DNA of 55,625 bases from NCBI GenBank assembly GCA_963575745.1, contig CAUYUJ010000146.1, positions 62,001 through 117,625 of the forward strand, in the 5' to 3' direction. Shown piece after piece: positions 9,673 through 21,500 of the stretch. The first letter of the stretch is position 1, and each line of letters starts with the position of its first letter. The notes beneath the pieces are model-generated. The model had not been told where the DNA came from. It made no database searches and worked only from the letters and a program-made list of their open reading frames with translations. The translations under genes and the position numbers were made by a program. The stretch comes from Prorocentrum cordatum. Taxonomy: Eukaryota.

Positions 9673-10952
9673 TATGAAGAAAGACCCGCGCCCCGCGCTG
9701 CACATGATTGCAAAGGGATGGATCCGTCGCCAAGCCAAGTGCTGGCTTATCTATGGCCTTCGACCCATATCGCTACTGTGCCTGAGTTTTGGGCTAGAGA
9801 TTCTCGGATACCTGTCTGTTGGCATGCTTCTCGGGCGCCTCGTGGAGCGATTTTTGAAGCTTCTTGGGGCCTCTTTTTGGGCCCTTTGGGGCCTCTTGGG
9901 GGTCTGCCACTTGGAGTGGAGGGCTCGAGTTGTCAGATTGAGTTCCCGCTCTTGGATCCCTCTTGTGACCCTATTGGGCCGTCTTGGGTGCCTCTTGGAC
10001 CGTTTTGGGGCTGTCTAGGGCCGTCCTGGGGCCCTCTTGCCTCTTGGGCTGTCTTGGTGTGATACTTGGGGCCTCTAAGCCGTTTGGACGCTGTTAAGAC
10101 CCAAAATGCGAATATGCTAAAATGCGTGTTTCCCGTAAGGATGGGACAACTTTTGCCTCTCTCGGGGCGCAGGAGCCTTCTTAGGACGTCTCCGGAACCT
10201 CTTGAGCAGTCTTGAAACAATATTCGGGCGTCTTTGAGCAGGCCGCTCTGGTCGTTTTGTTGGTGTCCTCCGGAGCTATTTTGAACGGCGGGGGGGGCCG
10301 GGACGCCCCGGAAGGGGTCAAAATGTTGTAGGCCACAAGGAGGGGGGAGGGTGGGGGGGGGCAGGTGGTGGGGGGGATGGGGGGGGAATTCCTGGACAAT
10401 CACTCGCGCGCTTCGCGCACGCTTAGGTTCTAGTCGGTCACAAGCAATCGGGCCAGCGGGTGCTGGCCGTTGCGGAGTCCTCTTGGGACTGTCTTGCAGC
10501 CTCCGTCAGGTCCCCTTGGTCATTCCTATGCCGTCTTCGAGCCTTCTTGGGACATCTCTGGGCGCTCTTGGGTCGTCTTGGGGCCATCCTGGCCCTTCTT
10601 GGGCTCCAATGGCGGCTATCTTGCGGTTGCCCTGGGCCGCCTTAGGACCCTCTTTCGGCCCTCTTCGGGCGCTACGTGGGACATCTTGGTGGCTGGGTGC
10701 CCTCGGGGAGCCTGTGATTGGTCTACGGGGGGTCTTCCAAGATCGTTGAGTCCTGGGGTGTGGTCTTGGGAGTCTTGGGGCCGTCTGAATTGCGCCTCTG
10801 AGGGGTATTGCGCACGCCGAATAGCGCTAGCACCAACGCTACGAACCCCGTGATCCCGAAGCTAACAAGACAAAGGGCGCGAAAAGGAGGGAAGATGGCG
10901 GAGGGATGGAGGGAAGGGTTGCGACAGGGATGGCGGATGCAAGCATAACATG

Positions 10953-11582
10953 TTTCGGCGCCGTGTGCGGTCATCTGTTGCTGGAAATTAACCGCAGTGA
11001 TGCTCGCTGGCGGCCTTACCCGTGCTCGAGGCGGCCACGAAAAAAGGTTCGGCGCCGCGTGCGAGCATCTAGTGCTGGAAATTAACCGCAGTGATGCTCG
11101 CTGGCGGCCTTACCCGTGCTCGAGGCGGCCCAACAAAAACTGATTCGGCGCCACGTGCGAGCATCTAGTGCTGGGAATTAACCGCAGTGATGCTCGCTGG
11201 CGGCCTTCCCCTTGCTCGACGCGGCCACGACAAAAGGTTCCGCGCCGCGTGCGAGCATCTAGTGCTGGAAATTAACCGCAATGATGCTCGCTGGCGGCCT
11301 TCCCCTTGCTCGACGCGGCCACGAAAAAAGGTTCGGCGCCGCGTGCGAGCATCTAGTGCTGGAAATTAACCGCAATGATGCTCGCTGGCGGCCTTCCCCT
11401 TGCTCGAATCGGCCACGAAAAAATGTTCGGCGCCGCGTGCGAGCATCTAATGCTGGGAATTAACCGCAATGATTGATGATCACTGGTGGCCTTGCCCGTG
11501 CTCGAGGCGGCCCAACAAAAACTGGTTCGGCGCCGCGTGCGAGCATCTAGTGCCGGAAAGTAACCGCAGTGATGCTCGCTGG
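10953..11582. repeat. 94-bp tandem satellite, ~6.5 copies
   Basis: CTGGAAATTAACCGCAGTGATGCTCGCTGGCGGCC recurs at 10981, 11075 and onward with 94-nt spacing. Confidence 0.95.
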
Positions 11583-12685
11583 AGCTCTTGAGGAGCTCAC
11601 GGCTCCAGTGAAGTAGTGGCCCAGAGACCGTTGCAACCTCTAGTGTTGAAAGCGATCAACGCAGATCGAAGAAAGACGAAATACCAGGAACAACGCTTCC
11701 GTATAATTCCGTGCGACACCCTGCAATGCAATGAATGTAGAAGCGCTACGATGCAACGCAGTTATACGGAAACCATATGTATGGTCAATGCAACGCAAAG
11801 CATTGCAAGCAGAAGTGAGGACAGCATATGCTAGACAATGCCACGCAATACAAGCCGAGGCAAAGCGCAGCCATGTGGACCAAAGACCGATGAAGCACGA
11901 GGTCGTCGTCGTCGGCGTCGTCGGCGTGGCCGTCGTCGTCGCGGTCGTCGTCGTAGTCGGGGTGGTGCTCGTGGTCGTAGCCGACGCCGAAACAGACATC
12001 CCTCGTCGATCCTGGAGGGTGGAGGCCCACTCTCACCAGGGCGGCGGCGGGCACTGCAGAGGAGAGCGGGAGCTGCAAGCAGCAGCCTCGATTCCGACTC
12101 CACTCGGACCGGGGCCGCGGGCCACTCGGACTTCGCTCTGAACGGATATTGGGTAACCCGACGCTGAATCGGGATGTTCGTTGGCATTGCGCGGGCACTC
12201 CTCCTCCAAATTCAGTTTCCTCGTCGGACTGGCGGTGACAATCATGTTCCCGGAATGATCTCCAGTAGCATGATGGTGTAGGCCGTGTCGGGGCCCTCGT
12301 GGGGGGGTCCAAGATTGCACACATGAAGGTGGACAACCGGAAGGACGGCCCAATGGAATCAGTCGAAAAACTTTGAGATGGGGAGTGGGGAAATGGAGCT
12401 TAGAACTGACATGTAGAAGGTATAAAGTGACAGAGCAAGTACGGCTGGAGCTGGGAAGGCCACGAAAAGGAGGGTGAGCAGAACTGGGGCTTACCACAGC
12501 GACCATAATGATTTTGGGCCCATCCCGCCGCCTTCCTGGGTTCGGTGGGAAGGCGACGGAGGCCGCGCGGGGGCCTCTTGGGGCTGTTTCTGGGCCTCTT
12601 GTCTTTGACCATCCTTGGCCGTCTGGGACGCCCCTGGGGCCGCCTTGGAGTCTGCGTGGGCGTCTGTTCGCCGTTTTCCTTTCCT

Positions 12686-12692
12686 TTCCTCC

Positions 12693-12724
<32 letters not shown>

Positions 12725-12731
12725 CTACATA

Positions 12732-12762
<31 letters not shown>

Positions 12763-12914
12763 ACATATCCTCCTCTTCCTCCTCCTCCTCCTCCTCCTCC
12801 TCCTCCTCCTCCTCCTCCTCCTCCACCTCCTCGCCCTCCTCCTCCTCCTCCTCCTCCTTCTCCTCCTCCTCCTCCTTCTCCTCCTCCTCCTCCTCCTCCT
12901 CCTCCTCCTCCTCC
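12686..12914. repeat. (CCT)n/(GGA)n microsatellite
   Basis: Read directly. Similar tracts at 14265-14388, 36217-36357, 37844-37905, 42790-43250, 46967-47017, 48240-48390, 49810-50147 and 55110-55245. Confidence 0.95.
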
Positions 12915-13769
12915 ATTCCTTTTCTTCAGAAATAACACTAGAACCATCGCGCGCGCTTTGCGCGCGCTCAAGTTCTAGCGAGCTTCTTGGGGCCTCCTCG
13001 GAGCATCCTGGACTGCTTCTTGAAGTCGTCATGGGACCTTCTTGGCATGTCTTCGGGGGCCTCTTAGAAAGGGTTTTGAAGCCTTTTGGGTGCCGTCTTG
13101 GGGCCTCTTGGAGCCTCTTTTGGGCTTCTTGGGAGCCTCTTGGGGCCTCTTGGGGGCCTCTTGGGGCCTCCTCGGCGCTTCCTGGCGGCATCTTGGGGCC
13201 TCTTGGGGGCATCTTGGGGCGGAGAGCTTGATTTTTGGGTTCGCGTTCCCTCTCTTGGGCCCCTTTTGGGGCCTTCTTGGGACCCTCTTGCGCCGTCTTG
13301 GGCGGCTCTGGGGCCGTCTCGGGGCTCTCTCGGGCCGTCTTGGGGCTCTCTTGGGGGCCTCTTGGGCCGTCTTGGAGCGGTTTGGGGAGCCTCTTGGACG
13401 GTGCTTTAGCGCCGGAAACACGAAACAGCGAGAATGCACAAAACATAAAAACAAATCAAAATCAACGATTTTGCCCTCTCGGGGCGCTCTTGAGCGGCAT
13501 CTTAAAGGCCTCTTGGGGCGTCTTGGGGCCTCCGGGGCAGTTTAAAACGCATCGTGCGTCGCCAAAGGCCCCTGGAAGGCGTCTTGGGGGTGTCTCGAGA
13601 CCGTCTGGGGCCACTGGGATTGCTGTCTGAGGGCTCCCCGGGGCGATTCTAGGCCTCCCAGAGGCGGGCCCGGGCCCCGGGCCCCACATTTGCGGTCGAA
13701 ACTCCGAGCCCTGGCCCCCGGACCCGGTCCCCCGTTATATGAATATTCTCCGCAGCGCGGAGGAGAGCT

Positions 13770-14130
13770 GCCGAGGGCCAGCCGGCGAGGGCCGAAATGC
13801 CAGACATCTGCAACTCGAAGTGCGGCGCACTGCATCGCGTCGCCAATTCGCCCGGGGAAGACGCGGCACTGAAACAACTTGGCCTGGCCTTGGTTCGGGC
13901 CAGATTACACAGCCCCTGCCTTTCTCGACAGTGGTGGCTGCAAGAGCGCCAGATCAATGATCGCCTCCTGCTTAAGTTTGCGGGGCGTCAGAAGAGAAAG
14001 AGGGCCGAAATGCCAAAATGCGAGGGCGTCAGGAGTTTGCCGGCGAGGGCCCAAAGGCAAAACAGCCCCAACTCGAGGTGCGGCGCTCTGCATTGCGTCG
14101 CCAATTCGCCTGGGGTGGACGTGGCACTCC
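13770..14130. repeat. Two diverged copies of a ~100-bp module
   Basis: CCGGCGAGGGCC...AACTCGA(A/G)GTGCGGCGC(A/T)CTGCAT(C/T)GCGTCGCCAATTCGCC at ~13781-13870 and ~14040-14128. Confidence 0.75.
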
Positions 14131-14831
14131 ACGTGGGGGACGGGCGCCCCGGTGAACCGGGCTGCTTTTTTTTCGCCCGGACGCGAGATCTAGACACCTC
14201 GACCGTAGGAAGGCGCCTCCAGAGTCTTCCCGGCGAGCAGAGAAGGCCGGCCGACCTCCGTCCCAGGAGGAGGAGGAGGAGGAGGGGGAGGAGGAGGAGG
14301 AGGAGGAGGAGGAGGTGGAGGAGGAGGAGGCGGAGGAGGAGGAGGAGGAGGTGGAGGAGGAGGAGGAGGAGGAGGAGGAGGAGGAGGAGCCCGGTGGGGC
14401 ATGCGGGCGCCACCTCGTCCTGGAGCGCGCGGCCCGCGCGCAAGTAACATCGGAACGCAGGAGCGCGGCCGGGTCCAGAGGGGGGAGCAGCTTGCCGGGG
14501 CAGCGAGGCAGACGCAGCGCTCGGACAGCGCGGCTCTTCTAGCCCGGAGGCGCTGCCGTGGCGGTCAGAGCAACCACCCGCCACTTCTGGGCGGTGGCCT
14601 CCGCCTCGCGAGTACAACCTACAACTGGGGGGCTGGTATGTGGCCAATGCATTGTCGATCGAAGCATCGGTGTCATATCCCTGGATCCCGACGACTCAGA
14701 AATAACAGTCGCATACAAAAGCGCAAGGCTTGGCATGAACCCCAATTTTCGGCGATCAAATGATCGGTGTCATACCTCGATGACGCTGTCGTCAACGTCG
14801 CCGCCATTCAACTGGACTGTGGCTCGGACTC

Positions 14832-15026
14832 TCGGGTCGGGCGAAAGGGGGGGATAGTAAAGGGGGGATTTGAGAATCAGCTCACGTAGCTGATTTTCCC
14901 GGCGCCTCCCGGCGCCAGAGGCGGCTATGTATCGAGGAATGGGCCCCTCGGTGAGGCCGAAACCAGCTGCACGCAGCAAATTTCGTAACCCCCCCTTTCC
15001 CAATCCCCCCCTTTCGCCCGGCCCGA
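14832..15026. mobile_element. MITE with TIR TCGGG(T/C)CGGGCGAAAGGGGGG (same family as the intron at 18266-19559)
   Basis: About 21-bp terminal inverted repeats; body nearly identical to 18269-18455; flanked by CTC on both sides. Confidence 0.9.
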
Positions 15027-15189
15027 CTCTCGTCGAAGGCTGCGGCGAGAACCCACAGATCTACGACCGCGCCCCGGCCATCGCCATCTGGGGCGGCATG
15101 GTCGGGGCCCCGATGCCGCGCGGCCCGTCGAGGTCCTCGAGGACGTGGCCCTCGTCCCTGCCAGCGAGCGACGTGCATGATGCCCCCTC

Positions 15190-15598
15190 TCGTAGGCCTA
15201 GAGGTTGACACCAACACCAATATCGGCGGTGTGCCTCCACCGAGGGAAGAAGATCCCGATCTCGGTGATGGTGGTAATATTCAGGCTTCCAAGGTGACCG
15301 AAATATTACCACCAACACCGAAATCGAGGATCATCTTCCGCCAATGGAGGCACACCGCCGATTTTGGTGTTGGTGCCCATTTCCAGGCCTTCAATTGGAG
15401 GCCTGGAAATTGACACCAACACCAGCACAGGGGGTTGCCTCCACATGGGCAAAATGATCCTAGATTTCGGTGTTGGTGGTAATATTTCGGTCACCTTGGA
15501 AACCAGAATATTACCACCATCACCGAGATCGAGATCGTCTTCCCTCGGTGGAGGCACATCGCCGATCTTGGTGTTGGTGTCAACCTCTAGGCCTGCGA
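15190..15598. mobile_element. 409-bp foldback element whose arms are themselves palindromic
   Basis: TCGTAGGCCTAGAGGTTGACACCAACACCAA...TTGGTGTTGGTGTCAACCTCTAGGCCTGCGA, centred on CCTTCAATTGGAGG at ~15394. Confidence 0.9.
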
Positions 15599-18500
15599 TC
15601 AAATCCAGGACCGCGCCCTGCGCCGCTCGATCAGCGGCCGCAGCATGTACTCGGGGTAGGTGCGGTCGGGTCCGCTCCGGCCGTGGATCGAAACGGTGGC
15701 CGTCGCGTGGCGCTGTGGGACGACGGCAATCTCGACCTCGGCGGTGCCGGCGCCGGGGCGGACGTCGACGCCGTGCGGGTCGTCGTTGTCGCTGGAGCGC
15801 AGGGGCGACAGCGAGGGGGAGGCCTCTGGGGACCTGATCCGCGAGCGGGTCGTCGGAGACCGCGGGCTCGGGCTCGGGCTCGGCGGCGGGACGATGTCCC
15901 TGGGCTCTGGCCCGCTCGCGGGCCCCACGACCGTGCCCGTGAGGAAGCCCTGCTCCGCTCCCAGGTACACCTGCACGGGAGTGCCGCGGTCGAAGCGCCT
16001 CCTGTGAAGGGGCCCCAGGACACACAAATAAATACACACAAATAAAAACATGCCCCATATTTTCCTATATCTTCTGGGTTTTTGTTCCCCCCCCAGTTCC
16101 CATACTTTCCCATATTTTCCTGGGAGTCGACGACTGATTGTGTCTGTGTGTTTTTCCCCTCCTGATCCTGAGGCGCTTGCCCGGCATGCTCTTGAGCACG
16201 GGCAGGTCCTCCTCCTGCATCGGGCTGCTCTCGGGGCTGCTGCTGGGGTTGCCGTCCTCCTGTCCGATGGGCAGCCGCGGGGCCTGTGCCGGCCCGCTGC
16301 TCGTCAGCGCGTCGCCGCCAAGCGGGGGCACCTGCGGCACCGAGCCGAGCTCCGCGCTGCCAGCGACGTCCTGATCGCTGCTCCTCCTCCTCCTCCTCCT
16401 CCTCTCCTCCTCCTCCTCCTCCTCCTCCTCCTCCTCCCCTCCTCCCCTCCTCCTCCCCTCCTCCTCCTCCTCCTCCTCCTCCTCCTCCTCCTCCTCCTCC
16501 TCCTCCTCCTCCTCCTCCTCCTCCTCCTCCTCCTCCTCCTCCTCCTCCTCCTCCTCCTCCTCCCCCTCCCCCTCCCCCTCCTCCTCCTCCTCCTCCTCCT
16601 CCTCCTCCTCCGCCAGCGACGTCCTGATCGCTGCTCCTCCTCGGCCGCCTGCGTCTTCCGCGGCCTGGTCTCTCCTCGTACTGGTTCCCCTGGAGCTCCT
16701 TCTGGGCCTTGAGCTGTCTGGCGTGCTCCAGCATCTCCGTCTTGAGCTCGCTGTGCTCCAGCGCGACGTCATACCCGAGCCTCGGGTCCCGCGCCTCCCT
16801 CGGCGCCGCGTGTATGATGGCCGGGTACCAGTCCCCGTGCTTCTTGGAGAACACGCTCACCTTCTCACTCACACTGAACGGCAAGCGCAGGTTCTTCATG
16901 TCCGCGTTGGGTACGCGCTGTCTGGCGGCCATGACAAAAAGGTCGTACGTGAAGACGTTCATGCCGTGCTCCTCGCTATGGTAAGGCTGGCCCCTGATGT
17001 CCATGACCCTCGCACCTAACCACGAGTTCGTGGTCTTAGACCAATACTCTACAACGTCGCCGACGGCGTACGCAGTCGCTGTGCCCTTCGGTTCGGGCGC
17101 TGCCTCCGGCTCTATCATGATCACGGTCTCATCCGCCCTGGGCGCCTTCGATGTCGCTCTCTTCACCATGGCATCCTCGGTATCTACGTGCAACCGGTAG
17201 GAGACCCACTCCATTTTGTCCAGACCCTTGATCCACTGGCGTTCCTTCCAGATGATCCGGTCGAAGTCGCCGTCGAAGAGGACCTCGTCCGACTGCTCCT
17301 CCAGCGGCAGCACCTCCACGCCGCAGACGCGCAGCTGGTCGAGGAGCGACAGGACCTCGTTGCACCTCTCGTCCCGGGGGGCGCTCGGGGAGCCCAAGAC
17401 GAGCTTGCACTCCGGGGCGTCTGGGGACCCCCGGAATCCCCTGGCGTCCTCCTCGCCGTCGACCTTCAGGACGTACTCGTCCTGCTCCGCGTCGTAGAGG
17501 ACCGAGATGTCGTGCGGGAGGCCGTCGGCCACGCGCGTGCTCCCTAGCAGGAACTCCTTGCCGATCTGCCAGGCGGCGACGCCCCCGCGGATCAGCAGGC
17601 CTTTTGCCTTCCCGACGGGTCGCATCGGCTCGACCTCGGAATAGACCTTGGCGACGAGCAGCGCGTTCGTGGCCAGGGTCCTCACTCGGACCTCGAGCTC
17701 GAACTCCACCTCGCCGCCCAAATTCAGATCCACGTGCTCGATGGGCTCCCCACTGCTCGGCGTCAGGATGGCGCGGCCCGCCTCCCGCTCGTGCTGGAAG
17801 AAGGCGAAGAGCCCATCGCCGAGCGAATACTTGAGCCTCGTCTTGGAGACGCCGTCCTCGGTGGAGAAGCCGTTGTCCCGGGTCCAGTCGATGGTGGTGC
17901 CCCTGCTCTCGCCGCCCTTCACCTGTACGCGGAACGTGCCGCCGACGGGCTGCCTGCACATGTTCCTGACGTACCAGATGGATAGGAAGCAGCAGATGGC
18001 GGATGAGAAGGCGATGGCCGCGGACACGCAACCCGCCTGTACCTCGCAGCCTTCGCCTGTCTCCTCGTCCGGGCCGCTGGGGCACGTCCAGTCGTACGGG
18101 CACTGGATGTACGACCTGCAGGGGAGCGAGCTTGGCTCGAACGAGTCCTGCGTGAAATCTGGGGGCGCGTTTGCGTTGCACAGGTTGGTGTTGCTGGTCA
18201 GGCAATCGACGTCGCGGGTGACTTCACCCTCGCCGCACGTCGTGCTGCAGACGGACCACTCTGTCCTGTCGGGTCGGGCGAAAGGGGGGGATAGCAAAGG
18301 GGGGGTTTGAGAATCAGCTCACGTAGCTGATTTTCCCGGCGCCTCCCGGCGCCGGGAGGCGGCCATGTATCGAGGAATGGGCCCCTCGGTGGGCCGAAAC
18401 CAGCTGCATGCAGCAAATTTCGTAACCCCCCCTTTCCCAATCCCCCCCTTTCGTCCTCCCCGCTCCTCGCTCCCTCCCCCCCCTCCCCCCTCCCCCTCCC

Positions 18501-21500
18501 CCTCTTCCTCCCCCTCTTCCTCCTCCTTCCTCCTCCTCCTCCTCCTCCCTCCTCCTCCTTCCTCCTCCTCCTCCCCTCCTCCTCCTCCTCCTCCTCCTCC
18601 TCCTCCTCCTCCACAATTACACAATATGAAAACACTCTCCCACTTCCCCTGATGGCGTCCCGAAGATATCCGACCCCCCCCCGCGTATTGTTTTTTACAC
18701 ACAAGATTCCCGGGAACGGGTTTTCGCTGGTGTTTTTTTCAAAATGCTGCTCTCGCCGAGGCGCCGGCCTCATTTTCGGGCCCCGCTCGTTCCGAATCGT
18801 GCTCCCGCTGCAGCGCTGGCCTCATTTCCGTGCTTCCGCTCGTTCCGAATCGTGCTCCCGCTGCAGCGCTGGCCTCATTTCCGCGCTTCCGCCCGTTTCG
18901 ACTCGTGCTCCCGCTGCAGCGCTGGCGTCATTTCCCGTGCCATGCCACAGCACACGCGCACACACACACACCACCACCACCACCACCACCACCACCACCA
19001 CCACCACCACCACCACCACCACCACCACCACCACCACCACCAGCAGCAGCAGCAGCAGCAGCACCACCAGCAGCACCACCAGCAGCACCACCAGCAGCAC
19101 CACCAGCAGCACCACCAGCAGCACCACCAGCAGCACCACCAGCAGCACCACCAGCAGCACCACCAGCAGCACCACCAGCAGCACCACCAGCAGCACCACC
19201 ACCACCACCACCTCCACCATCACCAGCACCAGCACCAGTACCAGCACCAGCACCAGCACCAGCACCAGCACCAGCACCAGCACCAGCACCAGCACCAGCA
19301 CCAGCACCAGCACCAGCACCAGCACCAGCACCACCACGCACACCACGCACGCACGCACGCACGCGCACCACCACCCACTAGTCCGCGGATAGAGAAAATC
19401 AGCGCCATGGTAAGGGATGGGAGGGTGGGGTAGGACGTCAGATATGACGCGCGCGCACCTAGCTTGTCCTCCCCCCCCCTCCTCCTCCTCCTCCTCCTCC
19501 TCCTCCTCCTCCTCCTCCTCCTCGATCCTCCTCCTCCCCCCCTTTCGTCCGGCCCGATCCTGGCAGCCCAGCGCGCCACGGGCAGGCTCTGGAGGGCGGT
19601 CGCGGGCGCCCCGGCGACGACCGCGGCCGTGCGGAGGCCCGCCGGCACCGCGACGCCGGCCTCCTCTGTGACTACCTACCAGACCACCCCAACCCAACCC
19701 GAAGACCCGAATTTCGGGCTGGGGGGGGGTAAGGGCTCCACATGTGTTTTTTCGATGTTTCCCGACCCCCCCCCCACTGGAAATCGAGGGTAAATCTGAG
19801 CCTTCGGGTTGGGTTGGGGTGGTTTGGTGGGTGGTGACTCTCGCCATCGCTCGGACGTCCATTTCCCGTGCATTTTTCGGTCTCGTGCGTGCTTTTTTCT
19901 TGCTCGAGGGTCCACGATCGTCCTCAATGGTTCTCGCCGAGGAAAAATGCACACGTCCGAGCGATGCCAGGTCCTGCAAGAAGCTGACGAAACTACGGGT
20001 GAAATTGCCCGTCCCGAGGCCAGCCAGGCCACCCTCGATTGCCGTGCGGTCGTCAATCGGGTACAGCTGGAGGCACAGTTTGACGAACAGCCCCTCCTCT
20101 CCTGTTGAAAGCCTCGCTGGAAGGCCAGACGCTGAGTCCGAGTTCAGGTCCTTCATCTCCAGCAAATAAACCTGCTCTGGGCGCAGGCCTAAAACGTCGC
20201 CGAACGCGCTCTGCATAGGAGCCCTGGTCCCGCCACCAGCCCACTCCGCCATAATGCCCGAGTTCGCCTGACCGGCAACGAACGCAATCTCCACCAGCAA
20301 GACCTCGACACGTTCGAGCGCCTCCGCGTCCGCATCGGAGACGCAGACCACCGGAATCATCTCAAACGAGCCCAAGGTGCAATTGATTGGCTCAACCAGC
20401 TGGTAACCGTCATCGCAAACTGGCGAGCACGACTCACGGCTTGCAATACCGATGCAAGACGAGCTGTCGGCCACGTTCAACATGCCAGGCGGCGAGAATG
20501 CGTAGCAACGCGATTCTGTGCAAGACCCGTCACCCTTTGACAGATTGTATGACGTGTCGGCTGTACACTGAACTGAGATGGAGGTCCCAAGTAGGTTCTC
20601 GTAGCCTTCGGAACAAGCTATGCGGCATGTCTCGGGGTAAAGCATGTTTCCGCAATTTGCATCCTCTGTCTCATAACCGGTCGGCAATGCTGGACTGCCA
20701 ACACATGTGTTAGGCACGCAGTCAGCACGTCCCTCGAACATCTCCGTCTCGTCGCTGCAGACCATTGTCCCATTTACAACATGCCCCACACCACAAACAG
20801 GCTCGCAAACGTCTCCATATTCAATGCCCGAACATTCGATGCATACTATGGTGTCCAACCCCGATGATGAAGTGAAGCTGGGTCCACTTATCCTGACAGG
20901 AATACCAGCGAACACAGGAAGAGCACATACACAGCACGTTGTGGACGCTGGCTGGCTGGCTAGCTAGCTGGTGGCTGGCTAGCTGCCGCCGCGCCGGGCC
21001 AGGAGCAACTGCTGCGACAGTGGCGACTGCGGGTCTCTCAGCAGGCGTGGTATCGAGGAGGCCGGCTTGTGATTGCCACGGACGGGGCGTGCTGGAACCA
21101 GCAGCTGGGATGGGCTCGCCGGGCCGGTCTGGGCATCTACGTGGGCCCTCGGTGCGGCAACCTCAGTGCAGCTCTCCCCGGCATGGATCAATCCAGTGGG
21201 CGCGCCGAGCTCCTCGCCATCATTCTGGTCTTCGCCGAGGCTGGCCGGCTGGGGCTGCAGGTGGAGATCTTGACGGACTACGAGTGCGCCGCCAAGGCTT
21301 GGGCAGCGTGGAGCGGAGGCCCGTCCTTCCACCCCAGGGAGCAGCTGGATCTTTGGCGCCGCCTGGAGCCCCTCGCGCGGGCGGCCCTCGCAGCAGGTTC
21401 CGCCCTCACCTGGGTCGCTGCGCACGGCCGTGCGGCGCACGAGCAGGAGCTGAGGTGGAACAAACTTGTTGACGACCTCGCCGTGCAGGGGTCCAAGCGG

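Noticed and set aside
10953..11582. Possible CRISPR array
   Set aside because: Whole 94-bp units are repeated with no unique spacers, no cas genes, and a eukaryotic context
15061..15189. Possible extra coding exon after the foldback element
   Set aside because: Removing the element leaves the TGA at 15599-15601 in frame; more likely 3' UTR
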